From an uncultured bacterium (GTDB lineage: Bacteria; Patescibacteriota; Dojkabacteria; SC72), in NCBI GenBank assembly GCA_903840015.1, contig CAIMEL010000004.1:97452-161451 (forward strand): DNA of 64,000 bases. The letters are read 5' to 3'. The stretch's first letter is position 1. Every line of letters starts with the position of its first letter. Below, in pieces: positions 1-9,784 of the stretch. Both the position numbers and the translations under genes were made by a program. The notes under the pieces were generated by a model that saw only the letters and a list, made by a program, of their open reading frames with translations, did no database searches and was not told the origin of the DNA.

Positions 1-1
1 C

Positions 2-1237
2 AAGAACTCAGCTTTACCAATACTTTGTGCAACACTTCTCTCTGATGAAGACATTACCATACGGAATTTCCCTGACTTAACGGATGTACATAAACTTGTA
101 GACCTTATGACATCTCTTGGTTCTAAAATTGAATGGGACAAAGAGAAACAGGTTATCAAAATCAATAACTCTAAATTCAAAAGTTCTTTTGGCAAAGAGG
201 GATTTCCACTCGGTATGCGAGGTGCGATTTTGCTTCTCGGACCATTGGTCTCTCGTATGAAGAATATTGAGGTCAAAGCAGAGGTTGGTGGTTGTACACT
301 TGGTATAAGAGAGTTAGATCCTCATTTGGAAGTCTTAGAAAAATTAGGAGCAAATATCAGCTTTAATGAACATCTTAAAATTAAAGTTAAGAACAAATTG
401 AAAGGTGGTTTCCTCTGGCAAGATTATATGAGTGTAACAACTACTGAGAATTTCATTATGGCAGCTGCAAAAGCTGAAGGTGAATCAATTATGATTAATG
501 CAGCTTCAGAACCTCATGTTCAAGACCTCTGTCTCTTTCTTAATTCGATGGGGGCTAAAATTGAGGGGATTGGAGCATCAAAATTAATCGTTACAGGAGT
601 AAATGATTTGCATGGAACAGATTTTACAATCTCTTCAGATCATCATGAGATAACAACATTACTAGCCCTTGGAGCTATGACCGGTGGAAATATACGAGTT
701 AATAATGCAGAGCCAGAGTATTTTCCTTTAATCAATAAGTCATTTGAGAAATTTGGTATTAAGATAACATATGAAGATGAAGATGAAACTGCAATTGTAA
801 ACAGTATAACCTCGTTGAGAATACAAGAACCATATACAAAAAATATGCTCCAGAAAATAGAGGCAGCTCCTTGGCCATATTTCCCTACAGATTTACTACC
901 ATTAATGGTTGCACTAGGTGTTAAGTCTGAGGGTTCAATAATGTACTGGAACAAATTGTATGAAGGAGGGTTCTTCTGGATTCCAGAGATGATTAAATAT
1001 GGAGCCCATATTGTTATGTGTGACCCATATCGCATTATTGTTTATGGAAACAAACCATTAAAGCCAGCAACCGTAGAAGCACCAAATATCATCAGGGCAA
1101 CAGTTTCTTTGCTTATGGTTGCATTAACCATAGAAGGTGATAGTATTATAAAAAATAGTGACTCAATTAAGAGAGCTCATCCGAACTTTATCGAAAATCT
1201 TCAAAAACTTGGAGCAAATATAAGATGGATAGAATAG
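2..1237 (+). CDS. murA: UDP-N-acetylglucosamine 1-carboxyvinyltransferase (5' end truncated by window edge)
   Basis: Frame open from position 2 (KNSALPILCA...); GGCTLGIR with catalytic Cys, TTTEN, EPHV and APWPYFPTD motifs. Confidence 0.95.
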   Translation, partial: KNSALPILCATLLSDEDITIRNFPDLTDVHKLVDLMTSLGSKIEWDKEKQVIKINNSKFKSSFGKEGFPLGMRGAILLLGPLVSRMKNIEVKAEVGGCTLGIRELDPHLEVLEKLGANISFNEHLKIKVKNKLKGGFLWQDYMSVTTTENFIMAAAKAEGESIMINAASEPHVQDLCLFLNSMGAKIEGIGASKLIVTGVNDLHGTDFTISSDHHEITTLLALGAMTGGNIRVNNAEPEYFPLINKSFEKFGIKITYEDEDETAIVNSITSLRIQEPYTKNMLQKIEAAPWPYFPTDLLPLMVALGVKSEGSIMYWNKLYEGGFFWIPEMIKYGAHIVMCDPYRIIVYGNKPLKPATVEAPNIIRATVSLLMVALTIEGDSIIKNSDSIKRAHPNFIENLQKLGANIRWIE

Positions 1238-1971
1238 AAAGAGAAAAATCTATGTTAACACCAATTGAAATACCTCAAACACAATTTGACAAAGAATTGC
1301 CTGTAATGTTACAAAGGACATCTTGTGGCATAGCAAGTTTATATACGGGTTTGAGATATATGGGCTACAGGCTACCAGATTATTCAATCTTTGCACGCGA
1401 TTACGTTTCATCTGCAAGATATAGCGTTCCGACATATTTTGCACGGACCCAAGTAAGAGGAACTCCATTAGACATCCCTATTGATTACTATCCAAGCGAA
1501 ACAACTAATGATTTGGACAAAGCAAACAAGATTGCTTCTTCTCTCGGGAATGGAGATATCTTTCATATTTGGAAAAAAGAAGGTGATAGTTCAATCCAAC
1601 CACAAATGGCATTCTCTCTATCCAGAGGGTTTGATCACAGAGGTGTTAATCCGTTTTTACATCAACTGGGATTACCACTGAAAGCAGAAATAATCGAGTC
1701 ATCAAAGTTACCTGATTACCTGGACCCAAAGAGTTTCATATTAGCATCAATTCGCCAAAATGAATTAGGGTACCCAATATCAGCCAAGCTTCCTACACAA
1801 CATATCTCAACTCATATTGTACCAATACTACAAATAGGAGAAATCGGAACAACTAAGTTGGCTCTCTTTGCCGATCCTGTATTTATTAATCCAGAGGATG
1901 CCTTGCAAGTTAGATCCGTTCAAAGCATCGAGGCATGTATGGAAAAGTACACAATCATCACTCCCGAGTAG
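1225..1971 (+). CDS. hypothetical protein, possible papain-like/C39-like cysteine peptidase
   Basis: 248-aa ORF overlapping the murA end; QRTSCGIASL, THIVPI and FADP resemble a Cys-His-Asp triad arrangement. Confidence 0.55.
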   Translation: MDRIEREKSMLTPIEIPQTQFDKELPVMLQRTSCGIASLYTGLRYMGYRLPDYSIFARDYVSSARYSVPTYFARTQVRGTPLDIPIDYYPSETTNDLDKANKIASSLGNGDIFHIWKKEGDSSIQPQMAFSLSRGFDHRGVNPFLHQLGLPLKAEIIESSKLPDYLDPKSFILASIRQNELGYPISAKLPTQHISTHIVPILQIGEIGTTKLALFADPVFINPEDALQVRSVQSIEACMEKYTIITPE

Positions 1972-1976
1972 GGTGT

Positions 1977-3359
1977 CTAAATAGCACCCAATTTGTTTAG
2001 GAAATCAGGTATCTGGTAGATACCCAAGCTATGACTCCCTTTTAACAGAATGGATACTTTCTTCTCTTTCAAATTTGTTAATCGATCATTTAAAAGTGCA
2101 GCCATCTCATCAGCCGAATCTATCTGCTCTCCTACACTGAAATATTTATACATATCTCCGATATAATAGACTTCATCAAAATTTTGACTCTGGATCAACT
2201 CTCCAAGTGATTTATGCTTTGCTTCAGAAACCTCTCCCAATTCTTTCATATCACCAAGAACAGCTATTCTATGATATTCGGGAGAACTAAACATCGAAGA
2301 GAAAGTTTTCACAGACATTTCCATAGAGGTAGGATTTGCATTATATGCATCATTAATAATCACCAAATCATTTTCATACCTTAAGACTTCAAATCTACCT
2401 TTAGTTCCAACATATTTCTCTACATATTCTACACAATCCTGAATACTAACATGTAAAATGTTCGCAGCTATTATTGCGGCCATAGCATTATATGCATATC
2501 CTTCACCAAAGACCTTTAATTTAACTTCAATATCATTATCATAGTAATGGAAATGGAATCTCGTACCTTCCGAATCAACAGATATGTCAGATATTCTGAA
2601 ATCCGCAGATTCATCTTTACCAAAAGTGACAATTGGAGAATTTGCATTATACCTATTCTTTATTGTTACTAATCTTTCATCATCAATATTTAGAATCAAG
2701 GGTTTTCCTGTACGCTCCATATAGTCAGCAAGGTCTTTCTTCTCATTGAAAACCTCTTCTATACTTCCAAGCTTCTCAGCATGAACATGACCAATATTCA
2801 AAAGAATTCCAATATCTGGATCTACTGAATTAACATGCCATGCTATTTCACCCTTACTATCCATACCACACTCCAACACTACAGCCTTTTCATCAGAATA
2901 CTTACTTAATATTCTAGCATTCCCCCAAACCGTATTAGAGTTATCACCACTTAATACTTTCATCTTGCTTTCAAGAATCTTAACTAACATCTCTTTTGTT
3001 GTTGTTTTACCAGTACTTCCAGTTATTGCTACAATTGGTGACGTAATAGAGGATATAGAATAATTAAGTATTTTCTCTAATCCTTCCCTTATCGAATCAA
3101 CTAAGATGATTGGTTTCTCAAGATCTCCCAATTGCCCACACTTCCCATTCTCACAAAGACTTACAGATGCACCTTTTTGTAATGCTTCAGAGATATAGTC
3201 ATGGCCATCGAATCTTTCACCTACAATTGGTATAAACAAGTCATTCTCTGATATCTCTCGCGAGTCATGATTAAAAGCTGTAAAGAAAACATTCTCATCA
3301 TAGTTTCTTATTTCAAACTCTGGATATTTCTCTTTTATTTCTTTAAGGAAGATTTTCAT
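1977..3359 (-). CDS. murF: UDP-N-acetylmuramoyl-tripeptide--D-Ala-D-Ala ligase
   Basis: HDSR, GERFDGHDY, ITGSTGKTTTKE P-loop, VLECGM, NDAYNANP, LGDMKELG, LLKGS; start placed at ATG 3359. Confidence 0.93.
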   Translation of the reverse strand: MKIFLKEIKEKYPEFEIRNYDENVFFTAFNHDSREISENDLFIPIVGERFDGHDYISEALQKGASVSLCENGKCGQLGDLEKPIILVDSIREGLEKILNYSISSITSPIVAITGSTGKTTTKEMLVKILESKMKVLSGDNSNTVWGNARILSKYSDEKAVVLECGMDSKGEIAWHVNSVDPDIGILLNIGHVHAEKLGSIEEVFNEKKDLADYMERTGKPLILNIDDERLVTIKNRYNANSPIVTFGKDESADFRISDISVDSEGTRFHFHYYDNDIEVKLKVFGEGYAYNAMAAIIAANILHVSIQDCVEYVEKYVGTKGRFEVLRYENDLVIINDAYNANPTSMEMSVKTFSSMFSSPEYHRIAVLGDMKELGEVSEAKHKSLGELIQSQNFDEVYYIGDMYKYFSVGEQIDSADEMAALLNDRLTNLKEKKVSILLKGSHSLGIYQIPDFLNKLGAI

Positions 3360-3530
3360 TTGTAAATTGGACAAATTTATATACTTCAATATATTAGTTC
3401 TGAAAGTTTTTTTCAATAACAATATCTATCGGACAAAGAGAGGAATTTCCAACAAACAGAAATATGTACCACAGAAAAAACATTTTGTACTATCCTAGAG
3501 TGTCATATTCCAGCCTGTAGTTATTTTTTC

Positions 3531-3559
3531 TTGACTCTATATATACCCAATGGTAAATT
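3531..3559 (+). promoter_or_regulatory. sigma70 promoter of the mraZ/dcw operon
   Basis: TTGACT (3531-36), 17-nt spacer, TG-n-TAAATT (3554-59). Confidence 0.75.
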
Positions 3560-3560
3560 G

Positions 3561-3594
3561 GTGGAAAGAAGTGGCAGAAAGTGGAAAAAGGTGA
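3561..3594 (+). promoter_or_regulatory. MraZ operator (GTGG direct repeats, 10-bp period)
   Basis: GTGG at 3561, 3571 and 3581 and GTGA at 3591, directly upstream of mraZ; matches known MraZ-binding repeats. Confidence 0.85.
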
Positions 3595-3606
3595 TATATT
3601 TGAAAT

Positions 3607-4050
3607 ATGTTAATAGGAGAGTATAGAAGTAAAATTGGAGAGAAAAAGAGAGTGTCACTTCCGAAGCGCTTTTTGAAGGAATTGGGCGAAAACCTTATTC
3701 TAACAAGAGGATACGAAAAGGCATTAGTGCTGGTAAACAAGGAGATGTGGGAGAAAATAGCACAGAATGTCATAAATGGCTCTTTCACAAACAAAGATAT
3801 CAGAGATACTAGCAGATTCTTGGTTGGAGGTGCAAAGGAAATCAATTTAGATTCTCAAGGGAGATTCATAATACCAGAAGCACTTTTTGAACATTCTTCT
3901 TTACAAAAAGACATTGTCTTTATTGGACTAGTTAACTGGATAGAGATATGGGATGAGTCACTCTGGAAAGAAAGAGTCGCATATTTACAAGAACATGGAG
4001 AAGAAATAGCGGAGGAGATAAATAAGATGACTACCAATTCTAATGCATAA
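3607..4050 (+). CDS. mraZ: division/cell-wall cluster transcriptional repressor MraZ
   Basis: Two SpoVT-AbrB repeats (KKRVSLP; LDSQGRFIIP), IEIWD; first gene before rsmH. Confidence 0.96.
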   Translation: MLIGEYRSKIGEKKRVSLPKRFLKELGENLILTRGYEKALVLVNKEMWEKIAQNVINGSFTNKDIRDTSRFLVGGAKEINLDSQGRFIIPEALFEHSSLQKDIVFIGLVNWIEIWDESLWKERVAYLQEHGEEIAEEINKMTTNSNA

Positions 4051-4939
4051 GATTCATATTCCAGTTCTTCTAAGAGAGAGTATCGATTCCTTAGCAATCA
4101 AACCAAATGGTTTCTACATAGACTGTACACTTGGAGATGGAGGACATAGTATAGAGATACTACGAAAACTCTCACCAGAAGGTGTACTACTAAGTATAGA
4201 CAGAGATCAGAATGCTATAGATTTTGTAAAATCATTTTACAATGAAGAATCAAAGCAAGATAACTGGAAAATTGTAAAAGCAAATTTCAAAGAGCTAGAT
4301 TATTACGCTAAAGAGATTAGAAATTCTGCAGATGGAGTTTTAATGGACTTGGGCCTATCTTCAAGACAACTAGAGGAATCACACAACAGAGGATTTAGCT
4401 ATTTAGAGGAGAAAGAACCTCTAGACATGAGAATGGATATGGAATTGGGAGTAACTGCTAAAGATTTGATAAATGTCCTTCCTGAAAAGGAACTTTACCA
4501 GATATTTAAAATATACGGCGAAGAGAAATACTCATATCAAATAGCTAAAGCAATTAAAAGAAATATTTCTGATATCAATACAGTTGGAGATCTTACAAGG
4601 CTTATCTACAAGGTAATGCCAGCAGTCAACTTACATAAGAACCCTTCACGCAGGGTCTTTCAGGCCCTGCGGATAGTGGTAAATGATGAGTTGAACAGCT
4701 TAAAGGAAGGTTTAGATAACTCTTTTAAGATCTTAAACAACGGAGGGAGACTATCCGTAATCTCCTTTCATTCTTTAGAAGATCGAATTGTAAAACAATT
4801 TTTTTTAGAAAAATCGAGAAGCGGAGAAGGGGAATTGCTTTTCAAAAATCATATAGCCCCAACCGATGAAGAAGAAAAGCAAAACCCTAGATCCGCTTCA
4901 GCTAAGTTAAGAACACTTACAAAACATGACAACCCGTAG
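4043..4939 (+). CDS. rsmH: 16S rRNA m4C1402 methyltransferase
   Basis: HIPVLL, DCTLGDGGHS, DLGLSSRQL, PLDMRMD, FQALRI, SFHSLEDRIVK, NPRSASAKLR. Confidence 0.97.
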   Translation: MHKIHIPVLLRESIDSLAIKPNGFYIDCTLGDGGHSIEILRKLSPEGVLLSIDRDQNAIDFVKSFYNEESKQDNWKIVKANFKELDYYAKEIRNSADGVLMDLGLSSRQLEESHNRGFSYLEEKEPLDMRMDMELGVTAKDLINVLPEKELYQIFKIYGEEKYSYQIAKAIKRNISDINTVGDLTRLIYKVMPAVNLHKNPSRRVFQALRIVVNDELNSLKEGLDNSFKILNNGGRLSVISFHSLEDRIVKQFFLEKSRSGEGELLFKNHIAPTDEEEKQNPRSASAKLRTLTKHDNP

Positions 4940-5237
4940 ACAAACAGAATCACAGAATCTACCAGCAACTATATTTCTCTTTACTGTTCTTGTATTTATA
5001 CTTTCACAACTAGTCATTAACTCAATCCTCACACCTTTAGGTGTAGAGTTGCAGAACTTAAATAGTGAGAAAAATTACCTAGTTGAAGAAAACAGATCTA
5101 TGGAAGAGCAAATAGCTAAAACAAATTCCATAACAGTTATTCAAAAATTAGCCAACAAATCGTTAAAGATATCATCATCTAACAAACGAACAGTTATATA
5201 TATCGAGAATCCAACCATTATCGCAGACAAACAGTAA
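4926..5237 (+). CDS. ftsL: FtsL-like cell division protein
   Basis: Single TM helix plus coiled coil; lies between rsmH and ftsI. Confidence 0.65.
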   Translation: MTTRRQTESQNLPATIFLFTVLVFILSQLVINSILTPLGVELQNLNSEKNYLVEENRSMEEQIAKTNSITVIQKLANKSLKISSSNKRTVIYIENPTIIADKQ

Positions 5238-7072
5238 TGGCAAGCCTCAACCATCTTCACTCTATTAACAAAAGAGGGAAATCAAAAAAGAATAAAAATT
5301 CAGAGGGTAAAAAATCAAACATTCTACTAATAGGATACGGTATTACTTTCCTTGCAGGCCTAATAATCTTCCAATGCTTCAGATGGCAAGTGATCTATGC
5401 AGATAAGTTCGTAGCTCTCTCGAGAGAGCAGTACAACACAAATATTACACAGAAAGCACAAAGAGGGACTATATATGCGAGTGATAATACTATCTTGGCA
5501 GTAGATCAACCTACATGGAATATATATGCAACATTAAGCAAAGATCCTGAAGAGAGAAAACTCTTTTTTGACAACAAGGATGCATTTGTTGCAGAAGTCT
5601 CAGGAATTTTGAATATGAACAAAAACGAGATTGAAAGTAAACTAACAGATGATTTCGTCTATACAGCATTAAAGAAGGGGGTCTCAACAGAGAAAAAGAA
5701 AGCACTAGCAAAAGCTAAAATCTTTGGTGAAAACACAGAAGGTTTTGGACTCTATTTTGAAAGTGAAGAGAAAAGAATCTATCCAAATGGGACATTAGCT
5801 TCCCACATACTTGGGTTCTTGGGACAGGATGAACAAGGTAAAACAGTAGGGCAGTATGGAATTCAGGGATACTATTTCGGTGATATAACAGGAAAGGAAG
5901 GCTATTCATATGAAGAGAAAGATTCTTCTGGGAATGTTATTCTCACTGCTGAATACCAACCTATACTCCCTAGAGAAGGAAAAGATTTCAAACTAACCAT
6001 AATTCCAAATATCCAAAGCAAGGTAGAACAAAAACTGGAAGAAGGTGTAAAACATAGTAGGGCAAAGAGTGGAACTGCTATTGTCATGGATCCACATACT
6101 GGTGCAATTCTAGCAATGGCCAACTACCCAACATACGATCCAAATGAATACTGGAGGACTTCTGAGCCATGGATACTGAAGAACAGAGCAGTCTCGGATG
6201 TGTATGAATACGGATCAGTACAGAAACCGATCACACTGAGTATTGCATTAGAAACAGAAAAGATAGATGCTGATTTCATTTGTAATGATAGGACGGGATA
6301 TATTGATCTCTACAAAGCAACAGGGTATGAGGATCTAAGAGGTAGAAAGGTATATACTTGGAATAGGAAGGCTAGCGGGAAACTTGATATAGCTGGGATA
6401 TTCGGCAAATCCAACAATCCCTGTACAGCTACAGCTGCTTTGAAAGTAGATTCTCAGGAATTTTATTCCTCTCTTAGAGAGTTTGGTATTGGTGAATTCA
6501 TAGGGATTGGGTTACAGGAAGAGAGTAATAGCTTCATAAAATCTTTCAATGATATGACAAAGCTGGACATCATTATGTACTCGTTCGGACAGGGTATCGT
6601 AGCGACACCATTACAAGTTATCTCCGCATTAAGTACCTTTGCAAACGAAGGTGAACGTATGAGACCATACATAATCTCTGAGATTAAAGATGAGAAGGAA
6701 ACCATTCAGATACAGCCTCAAGTTCTCTCTACTCCCATCTCCAAGGAGACAGCAAATATAGTGAAGTACGCACTAAGAAAAGCTGTAGAGGAAGGTTCAC
6801 TCGGAGTATTTGCAACAAAACTAAAGGATTATGATATCGGTGCTAAAACTGGTACTGCCCAAATTGCAAAAACTAACGAACTTGGATACAAAGAAGATTA
6901 TACAAATGACACAGTTGTAGGATTTGCACCAGTAGATAATCCAAAGATTATAATGTTGGTTAAACTAGAAGAGCCTCAGATAGGGAAATACTCAACCCTG
7001 ACAACATCACCAATTTGGCAAGACATATTTCTAGCAATAGCTGATGACCTAGAAATTGCGAAGAAGAACTGA
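5237..7072 (+). CDS. ftsI: class B penicillin-binding protein (FtsI/PBP3-like)
   Basis: N-terminal TM, RGTIY, RIYP; SxxK (SVQK), SxN (SNN) and KTG motifs. Confidence 0.9.
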   Translation: MASLNHLHSINKRGKSKKNKNSEGKKSNILLIGYGITFLAGLIIFQCFRWQVIYADKFVALSREQYNTNITQKAQRGTIYASDNTILAVDQPTWNIYATLSKDPEERKLFFDNKDAFVAEVSGILNMNKNEIESKLTDDFVYTALKKGVSTEKKKALAKAKIFGENTEGFGLYFESEEKRIYPNGTLASHILGFLGQDEQGKTVGQYGIQGYYFGDITGKEGYSYEEKDSSGNVILTAEYQPILPREGKDFKLTIIPNIQSKVEQKLEEGVKHSRAKSGTAIVMDPHTGAILAMANYPTYDPNEYWRTSEPWILKNRAVSDVYEYGSVQKPITLSIALETEKIDADFICNDRTGYIDLYKATGYEDLRGRKVYTWNRKASGKLDIAGIFGKSNNPCTATAALKVDSQEFYSSLREFGIGEFIGIGLQEESNSFIKSFNDMTKLDIIMYSFGQGIVATPLQVISALSTFANEGERMRPYIISEIKDEKETIQIQPQVLSTPISKETANIVKYALRKAVEEGSLGVFATKLKDYDIGAKTGTAQIAKTNELGYKEDYTNDTVVGFAPVDNPKIIMLVKLEEPQIGKYSTLTTSPIWQDIFLAIADDLEIAKKN

Positions 7073-7107
7073 GATAATTAGATATCTTTAAATTAATATC
7101 TTAAGAT

Positions 7108-8136
7108 ATGACTGATATCATAAAGACCAGCTTAGAGTTACTTTTCATTTCCATTATTGCATCCACGATCTTTGCCCCAATAATGATAAATATTCTGTAT
7201 AAGTTTAATCAGGTTAGTGGAATCAAGAAAAGTAAAATAGGGGCTGCAGATGATGATAATTCTCTTTTTATGCGAATAATGAAATCAACAGCTACGAATG
7301 GAACTCCTAATATGGGTGGTATACTAATTTGGATCATAGTACCATTAATAACACTTCTGTTTGTACCTATGACCGAAACAATTAAGGTATTTCTTTTCGG
7401 TTTTCTTCTCTTTGGTCTCTGGGGATTCATTGATGTTGTTGTCTTTACTAACGGGTTTAAAAACAACGAGAAAATGAAGGCATTTCAAGAGACATTCGAA
7501 TGGAGATTAGGAAAATTACTTTTCTCGATATTCTTGAATATCATTGTGATGTTTCTTTTATACAGAACAGGTGAAATGGCATCCTTATCTTTCTGGGATA
7601 TCATTACGATAAACATCACACCAATAATGCTGATAATACTTGGAATCGTTGGACAGTTTGCAATATATGCAGCAGAATTAACAGATGGTGCAGATGGATT
7701 AATGATTGGGATATTTAGCATAATAAATGTTGCTTTAATTGTACTACTCCTCATTCAAGGTCAATTCCTCTTTATCCCAATACTCGCAATTATACTTGGA
7801 GCACAGATTATTGACCTTTACTTCAACATCCCACCAGCCCGTTTTTGGAATGGAGGACCCGGTGCAATGCCTTTAGGCTTTACAATGTTCTTCATAGCTA
7901 TTGTAACGAACAATATTCTCCCATATCTTTTCATGTCTTCAATCACATGGGTGATTATGGCTTCTAGTGCAATACAGATACTTAGTATGAAGTTTTTCAA
8001 GAAAAGAGTATTCAAAATTGCACCTTTACATCACCATCTTCAAGCTAATGGATGGCCTCAGTACAAGGTCGTTATGAGATTCTGGCTAATCACTCTGTTA
8101 GGATGTGTTGTAGGCCTTTACTTTGGGGTAATATAG
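7108..8136 (+). CDS. mraY: MraY-family phospho-MurNAc-pentapeptide transferase (divergent catalytic motifs)
   Basis: GTPNMGG, TDGADGL, APLHHH and VVMRFW present; GxxDD reads GFIDV and FMGD reads FWNGG. Confidence 0.8.
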   Translation: MTDIIKTSLELLFISIIASTIFAPIMINILYKFNQVSGIKKSKIGAADDDNSLFMRIMKSTATNGTPNMGGILIWIIVPLITLLFVPMTETIKVFLFGFLLFGLWGFIDVVVFTNGFKNNEKMKAFQETFEWRLGKLLFSIFLNIIVMFLLYRTGEMASLSFWDIITINITPIMLIILGIVGQFAIYAAELTDGADGLMIGIFSIINVALIVLLLIQGQFLFIPILAIILGAQIIDLYFNIPPARFWNGGPGAMPLGFTMFFIAIVTNNILPYLFMSSITWVIMASSAIQILSMKFFKKRVFKIAPLHHHLQANGWPQYKVVMRFWLITLLGCVVGLYFGVI

Positions 8137-8137
8137 T

Positions 8138-8845
8138 TTACTTACAGATAACACTACCTTGTTCACAGGAACAGATTTTGTTCTGTGTAAGGTGTTTAAA
8201 AGAATCTCCAGTAGAGAAAAGCTTTTCGCCATAATAACAGACATTGAGATCAAAAAGCTGTCCTAATTCATTTTGGTACAGTACAGAGAAACCCTCTTGA
8301 ATCTCAGGCATTTTGGAATATATCTTAAAAACATTAGAGATTAAACAGGTTCTATCATACAGTTTTACATCCCGATTCGTCATTGTTGTTAGAATAAGGG
8401 AATTTCCCCTAAATTCATAAAAACCCACTTGTGATGGGGCCAAATCGTTATCACCGCACAAAGCTTCTCGTTCAAGAATTATTTCAAGATATTCAGAAGT
8501 TTGATTTAAATCTACTGGCAAAACCCTTGTGTAATCTGGTTCTTCTTTTTCTAGATAATTTTGATATGTATATGAGAAGAGAAGGCTCTCTGTTGAAAAG
8601 GTTGAATAGGATATTGAGAAATCATTCTGATCGTCACACTTAATCTTGTTTGATCCTAAGCAATAACACTGTGTATTAGCTTTGTAGTTTTGAACAAAAT
8701 CACCCTTACGATAATCTATACCTCCGAAGGAACATCTACCTAAATCTGTTTTTTCATCAACTGTTATCAAAAGAACTACTAACAGCGATATTACCAGCAA
8801 ACCAGTTATGATTAATAACCAGTTCCTCTGAATTACTTTTGCCAT
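8138..8845 (-). CDS. membrane-anchored Cys-rich protein with two vWC-like modules
   Basis: N-terminal TM; CSFGGIDYRKG...CYC...C and CYYG...G.SF...CSC..G.V.C. Confidence 0.7.
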   Translation of the reverse strand: MAKVIQRNWLLIITGLLVISLLVVLLITVDEKTDLGRCSFGGIDYRKGDFVQNYKANTQCYCLGSNKIKCDDQNDFSISYSTFSTESLLFSYTYQNYLEKEEPDYTRVLPVDLNQTSEYLEIILEREALCGDNDLAPSQVGFYEFRGNSLILTTMTNRDVKLYDRTCLISNVFKIYSKMPEIQEGFSVLYQNELGQLFDLNVCYYGEKLFSTGDSFKHLTQNKICSCEQGSVICK

Positions 8846-8893
8846 GACAGAAGTATTCTACCATAGATTTCATCTTAGTGGTAAAATCAACCT

Positions 8894-9784
8894 ATGCATG
8901 ACTCACATATCCATCTTGCTTTGGAGCCATTAAAATCAAACATCTCAGATGTCGTAAACTCATTTATTAAGGACAATGGGATATACATTTTAACACAGGG
9001 AACAGACCTCCTTGACTTCAATGAGACTCTGGAGATTGGATTGAAATATAATCAGACAGTACAGGTAGCCTTAGGTTTACATCCTACATATTTTGAGGAA
9101 AGCACAATACAAAAAGGCTATTTCAAGAATCTCTATGAAAAAAGTCTAAAACATCTTGATGAATTTGAATCCTTAGTACGAACAAACCACAAACTAATCT
9201 CTGCTATAGGGGAAACAGGATTAGACTATCATCAACTTTCACTAAACAAGACAATTTCTGCAGATATTAAAGCTCAAATAATAGAGATACAGAAATTAGG
9301 ATTTAGGAAACAATTAAATCTTGCAAAGGAATATAACCTTCCTCTCAGTATACATGCGAGAGATGAAAATGGCAGTAGCAGATGTGTCCAAGACGTTACA
9401 CAAATAGTTGCAGAGGAGGGTAGAGGACTCTTGAGAGGAAGTTTCCATAGCTATACAGGTAATCTAAAGTCACTGACAGATATTTTAGACTTAGGCTTCC
9501 ATATTGGATTTAATGCAATTATTACCTACAAAAGTGGAGAAGATGTTCGAGAGATATTGAGGAATACTCCTACAGATCGAATACTATTTGAAACAGATGG
9601 ACCATTTCTTCCTCCACAATCAGTAAGAAAAAACAAAAAGATCAAAGAAAAATTCGCTCAACCTTCACATATTAGAGAAATTCTCAACACGGCTGCAGAG
9701 ATTAAGAAGATAGATCCGAAAGATTTAGAGAAGATTACTGATGAAAATTACCAAAGTTTGTTTGCACCTACTCCGCAGAGTTAA
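8894..9784 (+). CDS. tatD: TatD family nuclease
   Basis: DSHIH, GLHP, AIGETGLDY, LPLSIHAR, FHSY, LFETDGP. Confidence 0.93.
   Translation: MHDSHIHLALEPLKSNISDVVNSFIKDNGIYILTQGTDLLDFNETLEIGLKYNQTVQVALGLHPTYFEESTIQKGYFKNLYEKSLKHLDEFESLVRTNHKLISAIGETGLDYHQLSLNKTISADIKAQIIEIQKLGFRKQLNLAKEYNLPLSIHARDENGSSRCVQDVTQIVAEEGRGLLRGSFHSYTGNLKSLTDILDLGFHIGFNAIITYKSGEDVREILRNTPTDRILFETDGPFLPPQSVRKNKKIKEKFAQPSHIREILNTAAEIKKIDPKDLEKITDENYQSLFAPTPQS

Noticed and set aside
3561-3594. 10-bp periodic repeats as CRISPR or novel repeat
   Set aside because: Too short, no spacers; explained by the known MraZ operator
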